Shown piece by piece: positions 37,699 through 50,705 of a stretch of 64,000 bases of DNA (its first letter is position 1; each line of letters opens with the position of its first letter). The position numbers were made by a program, and so were the translations under genes. The notes beneath the pieces are model-generated. The model saw nothing but the letters and a program-made list of their open reading frames with translations. It was not told the DNA's origin and ran no database searches. This DNA is from Ranitomeya imitator (Eukaryota), in contig NC_091284.1 of the NCBI RefSeq assembly GCF_032444005.1, positions 181,102,001 through 181,166,000 on the forward strand, in the 5' to 3' direction.

Positions 37699-39305
37699 CA
37701 GTGGGGCAAAAAAGTATTTAGTCAGTCAGCAATAGTGCAAGTTCCACCACTTAAAAAGATGAGAGGCGTCTGTAATTTACATCATAGGTAGACCTCAACT
37801 ATGGGAGACAAACTGAGAAAAAAAAATCCAGAAAATCACATTGTCTGTTTTTTTAACATTTTATTTGCATATTATGGTGGAAAATAAGTATTTGGTCAGA
37901 AACAAAATTTCATCTCAATACTTTGTAATATATCCTTTGTTGGCAATGACAGAGGTCAAACGTTTTCTGTAAGTCTTCACAAGGTTGCCACACACTGTTG
38001 TTGGTATGTTGGCCCATTCCTCCATGCAGATCTCCTCTAGAGCAGTGATGTTTTTGGCTTTTCGCTTGGCAACACGGACTTTCAACTCCCTCCAAAGGTT
38101 TTCTATAGGGTTGAGATCTGGAGACTGGCTAGGCCACTCCAGGACCTTGAAATGCTTCTTACGAAGCCACTCCTTCGTTGCCCTGGCGGTGTGCTTTGGA
38201 TCATTGTCATGTTGAAAGACCCAGCCACGTTTCATCTTCAATGCCCTTGCTGATGGAAGGAGGTTTGCACTCAAAATCTCACGATACATGGCCCCATTCC
38301 TTCTTTCATGTACCCGGATCAGTCGTCCTGGCCCCTTTGCAGAGAAACAGCCCCAAAGCATGATGTTTCCACCACCATGCTTTACAGTAGGTATGGTGTT
38401 TGATGGATGCAACTCAGTATTCTTTTTCCTCCAAACACGACAAATTGTGTTTCTACCAAACAGTTCCAGTTTGGTTTCATCAGACCATAGGACATTCTCC
38501 CAAAACTCCTCTGGATCATCCAAATGCTCTCTAGCAAACTTCAGACGGGCCCGGACATGTACTGGCTTAAGCAGTGGGACACGTCTGGAACTGCAGGATC
38601 TGAGTCCATGGTGGCGTAGTGTGTTACTTATGGTAGGCCTTGTTACATTGGTCCCAGCTCTCTGCAGTTCATTCACTAGGTCCCCCCGCGTGGTTCTGGG
38701 ATTTTTGCTCACCGTTCTTGTGATCATTCTGACCCCACGGGGTGGGATTTTGCGTGGAGCCCCAGATCAAGGGAGATTATCAGTGGTCTTGTATGTCTTC
38801 CATTTTCTAATTATTGCTCCCACTGTTGATTTCTTCACTCCAAGCTGGTTGGCTATTGCAGATTCAGTCTTTCCAGCCTGGTGCAGGGCTACAATTTTGT
38901 TTCTGGTGTCCTTTGACAGCTCTTTGGTCTTCACCATAGTGGAGTTTGGAGTCAGACTGTTTGAGGGTGTGCACAGGTGTCTTTTTATACTGATAACAAG
39001 TTTAAACAGGTGCCATTACTACAGGTAATGAGTGGAGGAAAGAGGAGACTCTTAAAGAAGAAGTTACAGGTCTGTGAGAGCCAGAAATCTTGATTGTTTG
39101 TTTCTGACCAAATACTTATTTTCCACCATAATATGCAAATAAAATGTTAAAAAAACCAGACAATGTGATTTTCTGGATTTTTTTTTCTCAGTTTGTCTCC
39201 CATAGTTGAGGTCTACCTATGATGTAAATTACAGACGCCTCTCATCTTTTTAAGTGGTGGAACTTGCACTATTGCTGACTGACTAAATACTTTTTTGCCC
39301 CACTG
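37699..39305 (-). mobile_element. Full-length Tc1 (IR/DR type), 1607 bp
   Basis: TA TSD; long (over 200 bp) TIRs starting CAGTGGGGCAAAAAAGTATTTAGTCAG. Confidence 0.95.
37915..38937 (-). pseudogene. Tc1 DD34E transposase (340 codons) with one premature stop
   Basis: MVKTKELSKD start at 38937; TGA at codon 57 (38767-38769); DETK, DNDPKH-34-E and [12 protein letters not shown] intact. Confidence 0.92.
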
Positions 39306-41704
39306 TATAAAAGTTCAAATCACCCCCCTTTCGCCCCAATCAAAATAAAACAATAAAAAAAAATCAAACATACACATATTTGATATCACTTCGTTCAGAA
39401 TCGCCTGATTTATCAATAAAAAGAGGATAAACGTGATCGCTAAACGGTGAGAAAAAAAGTAAAAACGTCAGAATTACATTTTGTTGGTCGCCGCGACATT
39501 GCATTAAAATGCAATAATGGGATATCAAAAGATCGTATCTGCACCAATATAGTATCATTAAAAACATCAGCACGGCAAACAAAGAATAAGCCCTCACACA
39601 ACCCGAGATCACGAAAAATGGAAATGCTACGGGTATCGGAAAATGGCACAATTTTTTTACATTTTTTTTAAACAAAGTTTGTATTTTTTTTTCACCACTT
39701 AGATAAAAAAGAGCCTATATATGTTTGGTGTCTATGAACTGGAGAATCATACAGGCAGGTCAGTTTTAGCATTTAGTAAACCTAGTAAAAAAGCCCAAAA
39801 AAAACAAGTGTGGGATTGCACTTTTTTTGCAATTTCACCACACTTGGAATTTTTTTCCCATTTTCTAGTACATGAAATCGTAAAACCAATGGTGTCTTCA
39901 AAAGTACATCTTGTCCAGCCAAAACAAGCCCTCACATGGCCATATTGATGCAAAAATTAAAACTTTATGGCTCTGGAAAGAAGGGGATCGAAAAACGAAA
40001 ACACAAAAACGAAAATACCTCCAGGGGTTAAGGGGTTAAATGAAATGTCATCTGACAGTACAAAGGTGACATCAACCACACAAATTTGAACGCCACCAAC
40101 ACAGGGCAGGTGGGAAGAGCCAGGGAAAATGCCAGAATTTATGCATTTAATAGATGTGCCTCTTGTGGGGCAGCTGTAGGCTACTATTTATAGGCTGAGG
40201 GGCAATATCCATAGCCCCTTACCAGCCTGAGAATATCAGCTCAAAACTGTGTGCTTTAGCTTGGCTGGTTGTTAAATAACTAAAAAATACAGCATGGTGA
40301 CTATTCTTGATAACCAGCCTTGCTGAAGCTGACAGCTGAGGGTTGCAGCCTGCAGCTGTCAGTTTTGTCTGGTTGGTTATCAAAAATAAGCAGAACCCCA
40401 TGTCATTTTTTTTGGGTCTCCCATTTTAATAACCAGGAAAGGCTAAATATACAGCCGTGAGCTGATATTTATTGTTTGGGAACCTTTATGTTTCTTTCTC
40501 AGAATATTAACAGGGGACCCACTCATTTTTTTTCAATTACTTTTTTAATTGTCAACAAGAACAGTAAGGTCACTTGAGTTCATAACAGTTGTTTCTCTTG
40601 CTTTGCAAGTGCCAGTGCTGGACTAATAAACGGCAGTGAGTCCGGCACTTGGCACTCCGGCATTCCATAGTCCAGCACTGGAGCTACTGTGAGACCTGGT
40701 GGCTTGAACTCAGGTAACCTTTCAGGTTACCTGGGTTCAAAGCCATGGGGTCTCCCAAGTGCATCGAACGCATGCGTACGCATGTCCTTGCGTACCAATG
40801 CGTTCCCATAGAAAGTAATGCGTTGTTTATATGCACTCATCCGCAAGCATATGCCTGCGTATATTTGACGCCTCAAAAAATGCAATATGTTGCGTTTGCC
40901 AGTCACTGCAAAATGACGCATCTGCATACATCCGCATACAAACTGATGTCAGTGCCTATCCCTGCGTACACAATGTTAAAGATAGGTATGCAAGGCTCCT
41001 GCGGACAGTAGGCAGGCTTAGGCTGCGCAAAAAAAGCTAATGTGAAACTGGCCTAACAGGGGACAGTGATGTGAGCTGTCTTCTTCAGCACTCGGCACCA
41101 GGGAACAGCACAAACAGTACCACTGATTTCCAGGAGTCGATTTGTGTCACACTGATGATGCAGGGATGTCATCCATGTGTCATGAGTGTACACATGTGCG
41201 GGATGTTTTGCGGCACATTCTGCTACCAGAAACACTGAATCTGCATTTCTACAGCCATCAGCACAATTTTATTGAAGACCATCAGAAGATCAATCTGCGT
41301 AACTGACACTCGCCCTGAGGACAGCTTAGGTGCAAACATGAGGCAGATACAGAATTTTCTAAGATTAATACAGTCTTAAGCCGGGGTCACACTAGCGTTA
41401 AATACGGATGAGTGCTATGCGATAAAACATCGAATAGCACTCGGACCAGTGTTAATCTGTGGGGAAGCTCACATCATTGTTTTTTTTCTTGGGCGTATTC
41501 AGCGTGCTAGTGAAATCGCAGCATGCTGCAATTTTACGCATTTATTGGCCGAGTCTCGCCAATGCAAGTCTATGGGTGTGAGAAAAAAATCAGACAGCAC
41601 ACAGACCAACAGAGTGACTTGCGAGAAATACGCAAAAGATTTAGACGTGAGAGTCCTCAGTGGTTGATACCTTTTAATGGCTAACTGAAAAGATGGTAAC
41701 AAAT

Positions 41705-41744
41705 TGCACGCTTTCGAGACTACACAGGTCTCTTCATCAGGCAA
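41705..41744 (-). ncRNA. Minimal hammerhead motif with canonical CUGAUGA core in a short PLE-end fragment; probably inactive
   Basis: UUGC-CUGAUGA-A-GAGAC(CUGUGUA)GUCUC-GAAA-GC-G-U-GCAA; the position expected to be U16.1 is G. Confidence 0.7.
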
Positions 41745-42017
41745 AGACTAATACAGGCAAAGACTAATCCACCCTCATCCACCTCTCTGGGTCACAATCA
41801 GGTTGGGCCACAAAGTACCAAAAGCACTCATGCTGTCATCCCGCCATTAAAGTGTCATCAGGATTAAACGTTTAGTTTTGTTTCAAAGTTGTTGTTGACC
41901 CTGTAATAGTGGCCCAATATGCCATATGCTTTAAATATGGTATTTTTGTGTGTAACAATCATGGTTTCATTTAAAAAAGTTAATTCAATGTGTGGTTTCT
42001 GCTGTAACAAATATATA

Positions 42018-43669
42018 CAGTTATATGAAAAAGTTTGGGCACCCCTATTAATCTTAAGCTTAATGTTTTTCAAAAAATTGTTTTTTTTTGCAACAGCTAT
42101 TTCAGTTTCATATATCTAATAACTGTTGGACACAGTAATGTTTCTGCCTTGAAATGAGGTTTATTGTACTAACAGAAAATGAGCAATCTGCATTCAAACA
42201 AAATTTGACAGGTGCATAAGTATGGGCACCCCACCAGAAAAGTGACATTAATATTTAGTAGATCCTCCTTTTGCAAAAATAACAGCCTCTAGTCACTTCC
42301 TGTAGCTTTTAATGAGTTCCTGGATCCTGGATGAAGGTATTTTTGACCATTCCTCTTTACAAAACAATTCCAGTTCAGTTAAGTTTGATGGTCGCCGAGC
42401 ATGGACTGCCCTCTTCAAATGATCCCGCAGATGTTCAATGATATTCAGGTCTGGAGACTGGGATGGCCATTCCAGAACAGTGTAATTGTTCCTCTGCATG
42501 AATGCCTGAGTAGATTTGGAGTGGTGTTTTGGATTATTGTCTTGCTGAAAGATCCATCCCCTGCGTAACTTCAACTTTGTCACTGATTCATAAACATTAT
42601 TGTCAAGAATCTGCTGATACTGAGAGGAATCCATACGTCCCTCAATTTTAACAACATTCCCGGTGTCGGCATTGGCCACACAGCCCCAAAGCATGATGGA
42701 ACCTCCACCAAATTTTACTGTGGGTAGCAAGTGTTTTTCTTGGAATGCTGTGTTTTTTGGCCGCCATGCATAACGCCTTTTTGTATGACCAAACAACTCA
42801 ATCTTGGTTTCATCAGTCCACAGGACCTTCTTCCAAAAAGAAATTGGCTTCTCCAAATGTGCTTTTGCATACCTCAGCCGACTCTGTTTGTGGCGTGCTT
42901 GCAGAAACGGCTTCTTTCGCATCACTCTCCCATACAGCTTCTCCTTGTGCAAAGTGCGTTGTATAGTTGACCGATGCACAGTGACACCATCTGCAGCAAG
43001 TTGATGCTGCAGCTCTCTGGAGGTGGTCTGAGGATTGTCCTTGACTGATCTCACCATTCTTCTTCTCTGCCTTTCTGATGTTTTTCTTGGCTTGCCACTT
43101 CTGGCTTTAACAAGAACTGTACCTGTGTTCTTCCATTTCCTTACTATGGTCCTCACAGTGGAAATTGACAGGTTTAATCTCTGAGACAGCTTTTTGTATC
43201 CTTCCCCTGAACAACTATGTTGAATAATCTTTGTTTTCAGACCATTAGACAGTTGTTTTGAGGAGCCCATGATGCCACTCTTCAGAAGAGATTCAAACAG
43301 GAGAACAACTTGCAAGTGGCCACTTTAAGTAGCTTTTCTCATGATTGCATACACCTGGCTATGAAGTTCAAAGCTCAATGAGGTTAGAAAACCAAAAAAA
43401 GTGTTTTAGTAAGTCAATACAATGTAGGTAGGAGTATTTAAAACAAGAAAATGATAAGGGTGCCCATACTTATGCACCTGTCAAAGTTTGTTTGAATGCA
43501 GATTGCACATTTTCTGTTAGTACAATAAACCTAATTTCAAGGCAGAAACATTACTGTGTCCAACAGTTATTAGATATATGAAACTGAAATAGCTGTTGCA
43601 AAAGAAACAATTTTTATAAAACATTAAGCTTAAGATTAATAAGGGTGCCCAAACTTTTTCATATAACTG
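42018..43669 (-). mobile_element. Full-length Tc1 (IR/DR type), 1652 bp
   Basis: TA TSD; TIRs CAGTTATATGAAAAAGTTTGGGCACCC with an inner direct repeat GGTGCATAAGTATGGGCACCC. Confidence 0.95.
42248..43270 (-). pseudogene. Tc1 DD34E transposase, nearly intact; last 15 aa lost to a TGA
   Basis: MGSSKQLS start; DETK and DNNPKH-34-E; YRK*LEAVIFAKGGSTKY*. Confidence 0.9.
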
Positions 43670-43799
43670 TAGATGATGTGTTTAATATCACTATTAGAGC
43701 ATTATTAGGCCAAAACATCACACACTTCAAACATTAACGTAACTTTATTGTTAACAAAATTATTAGAAATCACAACATAGACACTATATTGTCTTGCCA

Positions 43800-44600
43800 T
43801 GGAGTATATTCCTCTGGTGAAGCAAAATAATTAGTAAACACATCACGCACTTTAAGTTCAGAGGGCTGACAAAGTCATGGATTCTGGTGAGGTTGTGAAG
43901 TATTACACCGGCTTTAATAACCTCATTCACATTTCCTTCAATAAGTTGAATGGCTGACTGCAGGGCCCACTATTTGGCACAGAGAATGCCAAAAGCACAC
44001 TCCACCAATCGTCATGCGCGGGATAGGTAAAAACTAAAGACTCTGCACCGATGGTCCAGGGCTCTACGTGGATAGGGCCTCATGACATTTTGGTTCAATT
44101 GAATGGCCTCATCAGCAACCATCACATAAGGCACCGCTTCCATAGTAGACCCTGGTAGCTGAATTGGGGGTGGGAGGTCCAAGTCATTACTGCGAGGCTG
44201 CCGACCCATTTTGGAAGAATTGAAGACTCTGCAGTCTCCAGTTCTTCCATAAGCCCCAATATCTACAGTTGTAAACCTGTAAGTGCTGTCAACCGGGGCC
44301 AACAACACTACAGAAAAAAATTGTTTGGAATTGTGATATTGGGACCCTGAGTTGGGCGGCTTACGAACACAGATGTGCTTCCTATCCAGGGATCCTATGC
44401 AGTTTGAAAACTGGTACATTTTCTCAAAGCCACGGGCTATCCGCAGCCAGTCTTCTTTTTTGGGCTCAGGCATTACCGATTGATGCAGTCGGGACCATAT
44501 TTCTGAGCAAGTAGAATGGACAATGCCTGAGATGGTGGATTTCCCAATTAAGAACTCAAGATGAAGACACGCATAGAAGAGCCCAGTGGATAGGATTCTT
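43800..44600 (-). pseudogene. Older Harbinger transposase relic
   Basis: FSNCIGSLDRKH, FSVVLLAPVD, VMVADEA motifs; frameshifted; a different family from the 9-kb element. Confidence 0.85.
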
Positions 44601-44987
44601 TAAAAAAAAAAAAAAAAGATTAAAGGACATATCCATGCATCATGTTAACAGTTTAGGAAATCATAAAAGTTATGGACAATGCAAGCTAAGTCCTGGCTCA
44701 ACAAGTGTCAACAGTCTTAAATGGCTTCGGAACATATCTAAATTACAAACAGCAGGGAATGTGAAATGCAAAATGTACTGAACAAATTAATGTTGGAAAA
44801 AGGGAACAAACCAATAAAACAAAAGGAATGGAACAGTGTATTTAGGTAACCCCCCCAAAAAAAAACATAAGCATGTGTGGGGTCGCAAGCATTCAGCAAA
44901 GCATCGCATTAGCTAAGCATCAAGTCAAAGGGCAGTTACTCCATAGCAAGGAACTAACATCCATCTTCTCTCTTCTCTCTTTACACA

Positions 44988-45250
44988 GGTAATCATGTAA
45001 TTCAACCCCTGAACTGAACTACCTTGCATGTCTTTTTACTCCATTCAATATCGTCAAGCTTCATGAATGGTAATTATGTCATTCAACCCCTAAACTGAAC
45101 AACCTTGCATGTCTTTTTACTCCATTAAATATCAGCAAGCATCCTGAATGGTAATCATGTCATTCAACCCCTGAACTGAACTAGCTTGCATGTCTTTTTA
45201 CTCCATTCAATGTCAGCAAGCATCCTGAATGGTAATCTTGTCATTCAACT
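44988..45250. repeat. 81-bp tandem repeat (3+ units)
   Basis: GGTAATCATGTCATTCAACCCC at 44988, 45069, 45150 and 45231. Confidence 0.88.
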
Positions 45251-46170
45251 CCTTTGCTAGAATTCATCAGTTAAGGTACCGTCACACTAGACGATTTTAC
45301 AACGAGAACGACAACGATCCGACCAAAATAAGATCGCTGGAACGTCGCTGTTTAGGTCGCTGCAGAGATGCCAAACACACCAACCTACGAACGATGCTGG
45401 AGCGATATAGTGACGTAACAGCGACTCACAGATCGTCCTCGCTAGTCGTTTGCTCAGTGTCACACAGCAAGAGTGTAACGATCTAACGATGCAGACGTAG
45501 CCAGATAGGTGTGTTTTCTGCACAGGGAGACACCCAGGATGTGACGTTACGGCGTCCCGGAATATAAACCGCAACTCTACAGCGATTGATTCATATTGTT
45601 GGAGCGCTGTGTCTTCACGGTCTTCTGCCTTTCCAGCGTCCTGTTCGGAACGATCCTTCGCCAGCTACGATCCTCTTCTCCCGTGGACGTTCTGTCTAGA
45701 ACGTATTCTACTGCAGGCGTCTTCATCGTTTCTTTTCTTGCTCATCAACGGTATGAAATGTCTTTCAGTTGTTTGTTTCTTTTGTGTATAGTTATGGCTA
45801 TTCAATAATGTTTATCTATGTATATGGTGTAATGATGGATAAAACACCTCCGGCAGCCATCTTGTGCATCTGGCAAGCAGACGCACAAGATGGAGGCATT
45901 ACTATGCGATTTGCAAACTCAGTTGCGCTGTCTGCCAATTTTGCACACACCATATGGAAAGGTAAACTAGCTGTCTGCCAATTTTGCACACACTATATGG
46001 AAAGGTTAACTAATTCTCTTGTGTCTGCCTTGGCTGGCCCTGGCGTGCTCCGCTAGTAAATAAAACAGCACACAACTTAAAGGAACGAAATTTTTTTTTT
46101 TTTAGAAACTGAACTGTTTTTTTTTTTTTTTCAACAAAACACTACAGAAAAACAGAAAAAAAAAACATTT

Positions 46171-48381
46171 TTAACGCCCGCGCGCCAAAAGGTGTCGCAG
46201 CGTGCGTCCATGTTGCTGCACTTGATGCTGCAGCAGCACTACTGTGCGCTCCAAGAGCGCTACTGTCCGCTCCAGTCCCTCTTGTTTGGCCAGCAGCTCT
46301 CTCACAGTGTCCGGTTCTGTAGATCGAAGATAGAATAAAAGTCTTTTTTTTTTGTCCTGTCCCAGAGGTCTTTTTTTTATTGGTTGCATTTTATTAGTCG
46401 CTGTCAAATGTGACATCCCACCGATAACCCCTCCCACTGTCTGTATACTTACGGAGAAGGGACGCCTGTTGTCCATCACTGGAGCTGCTGACCACCCATC
46501 CCCTGTCTCGGGCCAGAGTTCCCGGAGCTAAAAGTAATCAAAATCATATCTGTTTAACAATTGAACTCGCTGTGGGGAACCGCTCGCAGTTTATCGTCAC
46601 TTACGAATGCTCGCCTCTGGGGAGAATGATGCCGAGCCGGGGGAGGAAGATGGGTAGCGGAAGGGCGGAGTAGTGGACTGCGGTGGGGTTACTGCATCTG
46701 TAATGTATACAATATTTCAGCTCACCTCTTATGTCCCATATGCCGTTATAATTTTGAAATGAATGATGGATAACTTACGTGACGGTCCAGCTTGTGGGCT
46801 GCTGCTGCTGCTGCTGGAAGATGTGGGGGAGGATAGTACCCTCTGTAGCCGGCGGCGTCTCTCTACACAAAAATAAAAGAAACACCATGTTTAGACAACA
46901 AAAGTACAGAGCTGTAGACATCACAATAAAACTAGACAATATTGACAGCAAAAGTTAGGAGCCTGAAATGAATGATGGATAACTTACGTGACGGTCCAGC
47001 TTGTGGGCTGCTGCTGGCCGCTGTGGTGGAGGTCAGTGCCCTCTGGTGCCGGCGGCGTCTTTCTACACAAAAATATAAAAAAAAAAAATCGCCATGTTTA
47101 GACAACAAAAGTACAGAGCTGTAGACATCACAATAAAACTAGACAACATTGACAGCAAAAGTTAGGAGCCTATCGAAATTCGGCAGCATCTGTAATGTAT
47201 TCTATATTTCTGCTCCCCTGTAAAGTCCCATATGCAGTTATAAAATTGAAATGAATGATGGATAACTTACGTGACGGTCCAGGCTGTGGGCTGCTGCTGG
47301 CCGCTGTGGTGGAGGCCAGTGCCCTCTGGTGCCGGCGGCGTCTTTCTACACAAAAATATAAAAAAAAGAAATCGCCATGTTTAGACAACAAAAGTACAGA
47401 GCTGTAGACATCACAATAAAACTAGACAACATTGACAGCAAAAGTTAGGAGCCTATCGAAATTCGGCAGCATCTGTAATGTATTCTATATTTCTGCTCCC
47501 CTGTAAAGTCCCATATGCAGTTATAAAATTGAAATGAATGATGGATAACTTACGTGACGGTCCAGGCTGTGGCCTGCTGCTGGCCGCTGTGGTGGAGGCC
47601 AGTGCCCTCTGGTGCCGGCGGCGTCTCTCTACACAAAAAAATTAAAAAAAAGAAATCGCCATGTTTAGACAACAAAAGTACAGAGCTGTAGAAAAAAAAA
47701 AAAAAAAAGAGGCCATTTGCGGGAAGGAGTAAAAATCAATTTTGACAAGCTAAATGTAATTACATATATAGAACATAGGAAGCACCTCACGGCAGTGCAC
47801 GTCTCCTGTTTCCCCCTACTGGCAGTGCGAGCAGGGTTGCCAACCTCCACGTAATGATTTCAGGCCAATCGGGATTACAATTGCGGACATCCGTATAAAT
47901 TAAATATGGGGGGTGGAGATTATGGAATTCATGACCTGACCAATTTTTACGCGACAACGCATTTTTGCGCTTGGACACTATAGAAATTTGAAAAGAAAAT
48001 ATTAAATTTTTGTCCTCGTAAGTCCCGGACAAGTTGGCAACCACGGGCACGAGTCTCCCATTTCCCCCCGCTCGGTACCGTGCGTCTTCCAATTCCACCA
48101 TTCTGATACTTGCCTTGCTTTGCCTCCGCTCGCAAGTGTGCCAGATGGAGTGGCTGCTTATAGCGCAGGTCGGCCCACTTCTTGCGCAGTTGCAGCGCAC
48201 TGCGCCGGATGCTAAACCTCCTCTCCATCATTTCTGCAATGCGGCCCAGCACTGCATTCTTGTGCAAATTTGGGTGGGCAGGCCGGCTCCTCCGTCCCTC
48301 ATAGTCGAGGGCATCCATTCTGTCCACAAAAAAACGCACCTCGGCCTGCCCCAGAGGAGCACAGCGCTGTCTCGCCGCCAT
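46171..48381 (-). CDS. Predicted 8-exon Myb/SANT-like (trihelix-type) + coiled-coil protein, about 296 aa (copy A)
   Basis: Exons 48114-48381, 47554-47628, 47271-47345, 46988-47062, 46779-46862, 46605-46697, 46453-46527, 46171-46316; all introns phase 1; N-terminal F.DRMD...VLGRIAEMM...LQLRKKWADLR motif. Confidence 0.72.
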
Positions 48382-48671
48382 TTTCTAAAGATAGACGCTG
48401 TACGGCACCGCCTAACCACGCCCAGAGGAGGTCCTAGCTGCGGCGCGATCGGCATCGCTATAGCGTCTCTGATTATGCACAGCGTCGCGTTTGTGACGCC
48501 GGCTCCAGACATCCTTTTTTTTTTTTTGGCGTTCCCGTTACCAAGTCACAGCGTTTATTGTCTTGCTTTCAGTTTTGTAGTAGCTTGTATCGTAATTTTG
48601 GGATGTTAATGAGGTGCAGCTGTAGTGTTAAACGCTGCTTATTACACATGTAAATATAAATTTCCATTAAA

Positions 48672-48948
48672 TCCTATGTTCACATTTCTGTAGAACAGGG
48701 CAGCGTCTGAGATGCAACGCTGAACAGATATGTGAGCACATGCCCAACGCCGCTTTTTGTGACCCATGCATTAACTTTTCCATGGTTTTAGGGTCAGAAA
48801 AAAAACATCATGCATCGTCCTCTGTGTCCTGACGCATGATTCACAAAACGATAGGGCAACACATGTTATTTCAGGCCCCTAGGTAAAATATAGTGGCACA
48901 TGCATTGCCGTGGCTGCACCGAACAAAACGCTAATGTGAACTTTGCCT
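48672..48948. mobile_element. Degenerate Harbinger MITE between the Myb-like gene and the transposase
   Basis: Imperfect TIR ...GTTCACATT / AATGTGAAC... with TAA/TTA flanks. Confidence 0.45.
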
Positions 48949-49068
48949 TATAACAAAAAAAAAAAAAAAAAAAGATGTGTGAACACTATTTAACAGTATT
49001 GGTTGTCTTGTGTCACTTTAGCAAATCATATGTAATAATTATTTTTTATTGTGCTTTTTCAGGTTGCC

Positions 49069-50328
49069 ATGTCTCTTTCGGATGTACCTGCGATTGTAGC
49101 GGCTGCATTGCTGTTAGAAGCTCAGAACCAGCTGGAGGCTGAAGCGCGAAACAATCGTGCAAAGCGACAGCGCCGCATGTGGACCAGACAGTGGCTGCAG
49201 AAGAGGAATCAATTGTCCCACATGGGCCTAATCAGGGAACTGAAGGAGAACAACCCGCATGATTTCAAGAACTACCTGAGAATGTCCGAGGATTCATTTA
49301 ATTTCCTACTTGAAGCTGTGGAACCTTATATTAGGCGGCAAAATACAAGGATGCGAGCTGCTGTCCCTGTGGATGAGAGACTGGCTGTTACGCTCCGGTT
49401 CCTGGCGACTGGAAGGTCTATGCAAGACTTGCATTACTGCGCTGCGATTTCCCGAACCCTACTCAGCGTCATAATTCCGGAGACATGTAAAGCAATTATC
49501 TCTGCTTTACACCAAAATTACATGCCTTTCCCGGAGACCCCGGATGATTGGAAAGAGATTTCAAGGGGATTTCATGAGCAATGGCAGTTCCCTAATTGCG
49601 GGGGTGCCTTGGATGGGAAACATGTCCGCATCACCCAACCACCACACTCCGGCTCCTTTTATTATAACTATAAGGGTTATTTCAGCGTAATTCTGATGGC
49701 CCTCGTTAATGCGAACTACGAATTTGTAAGTGTGTCTGTAGGGATTAACGGGAGATTATCTGATGGCGGAGTTTTGGAGCTAACCGATTTTGGGGACCGC
49801 TTGAAAGAAAACAAACTGGCCTTGCCTCCCAACAGTGACACTACTGAAAACATGAACTTTGTGTTTGTCGGAGATGAGGCGTTCCCACTGCATCCCAACC
49901 TTTTGAAGCCATTCTCCCAGAAAACTCTGACACCTGAGCGGCGCATATTTAATTACCGGCTTTCGAGAGCTAGACGCGTTGTGGAGAATGCGTTTGGAAT
50001 CATGGCAAACCGATTTCGTGTTTTCCACACTGCAATGAACATGAAACTATCGTCTATAGACTCTGTGGTTCTTGCTTGTTGCGTCCTCCACAACTTTTTG
50101 CGCCGCCGTGATGCCACTGCATACAGCCCTCCACAGTATGTAGACTCTGTTGACCCTGCAAACGGGGATATAACCCAGGGAGAATGGCGTCTAGATGAGC
50201 ACAGGGTTTCTGGCCTGGAAAGTCTGGGATCCGGAAGGAACAATGATGACGCGACAAATTGCAGGGAAAAATACTGTGACTTTTTCAATGGTCCAGGGGC
50301 TGTCTCATGGCAGCACCAACAATTGTAG
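49069..50328 (+). CDS. Harbinger (HARBI1-like, DDE_Tnp_4-type) transposase, 419 aa from the ATG at 49069, intact
   Basis: FKNYLRMS, ERLAVTLRFLATG, GALDGKH, FVGDEAF, RVVENAFG; a splice acceptor (TTTTTCAG at 49055-49062) suggests a 5'-UTR intron. Confidence 0.95.
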   Translation: MSLSDVPAIVAAALLLEAQNQLEAEARNNRAKRQRRMWTRQWLQKRNQLSHMGLIRELKENNPHDFKNYLRMSEDSFNFLLEAVEPYIRRQNTRMRAAVPVDERLAVTLRFLATGRSMQDLHYCAAISRTLLSVIIPETCKAIISALHQNYMPFPETPDDWKEISRGFHEQWQFPNCGGALDGKHVRITQPPHSGSFYYNYKGYFSVILMALVNANYEFVSVSVGINGRLSDGGVLELTDFGDRLKENKLALPPNSDTTENMNFVFVGDEAFPLHPNLLKPFSQKTLTPERRIFNYRLSRARRVVENAFGIMANRFRVFHTAMNMKLSSIDSVVLACCVLHNFLRRRDATAYSPPQYVDSVDPANGDITQGEWRLDEHRVSGLESLGSGRNNDDATNCREKYCDFFNGPGAVSWQHQQL

Positions 50329-50571
50329 CGCAACTGTCGGCATATCTTTTACCATTTATTAGGGATTACATTTGTTTTTGTTCATCCGCTCTCGTGTACC
50401 ATTCTTTTTAGAACCCAACCAATTTCTTTGTCAAGTAACAATGTCAACATAACGATATATTGATTTATGTACATTGTCTTGTTCTTTTTATTCCATTCCA
50501 ATTAAAATATTGAACTATGAAAATACTCTACTTCTGTATCAAACATATGAACCATGGGAATCAACAACCTC

Positions 50572-50705
50572 NNNNNNNNNNNNNNNNNNNNNNNNNNNNN
50601 NNNNNNNNNNNNNNNNNNNNNNNNNNNNNNNNNNNNNNNNNNNNNNNNNNNNNNNNNNNNNNNNNNNNNNNNNNNNNNNNNNNNNNNNNNNNNNNNNNNN
50701 NNNNN
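50572..50705. other. Run of 134 N
   Basis: Seen directly; mirrored by 146 N at 57835-57980. Confidence 0.99.

Larger units (their letters stand above)
37176..40035. mobile_element. Non-autonomous piggyBac-like element containing a nested Tc1
   Basis: TTAA|CCCCTT ... AAGGGG|TTAA (37172-37175 and 40036-40039). Confidence 0.78.

Noticed and set aside
38288-39028. 246-aa plus-strand ORF
   Set aside because: Antisense shadow of the Tc1 transposase
48034-48609. 191-aa ORF (mirror 59943-60518)
   Set aside because: Antisense to exon 1 of the Myb-like gene in GC-rich DNA; no recognisable motif
49069-50328. Host domesticated HARBI1 gene
   Set aside because: It lies within TIRs and TSDs and is duplicated with the element, so it is a transposon gene; no symbol assigned
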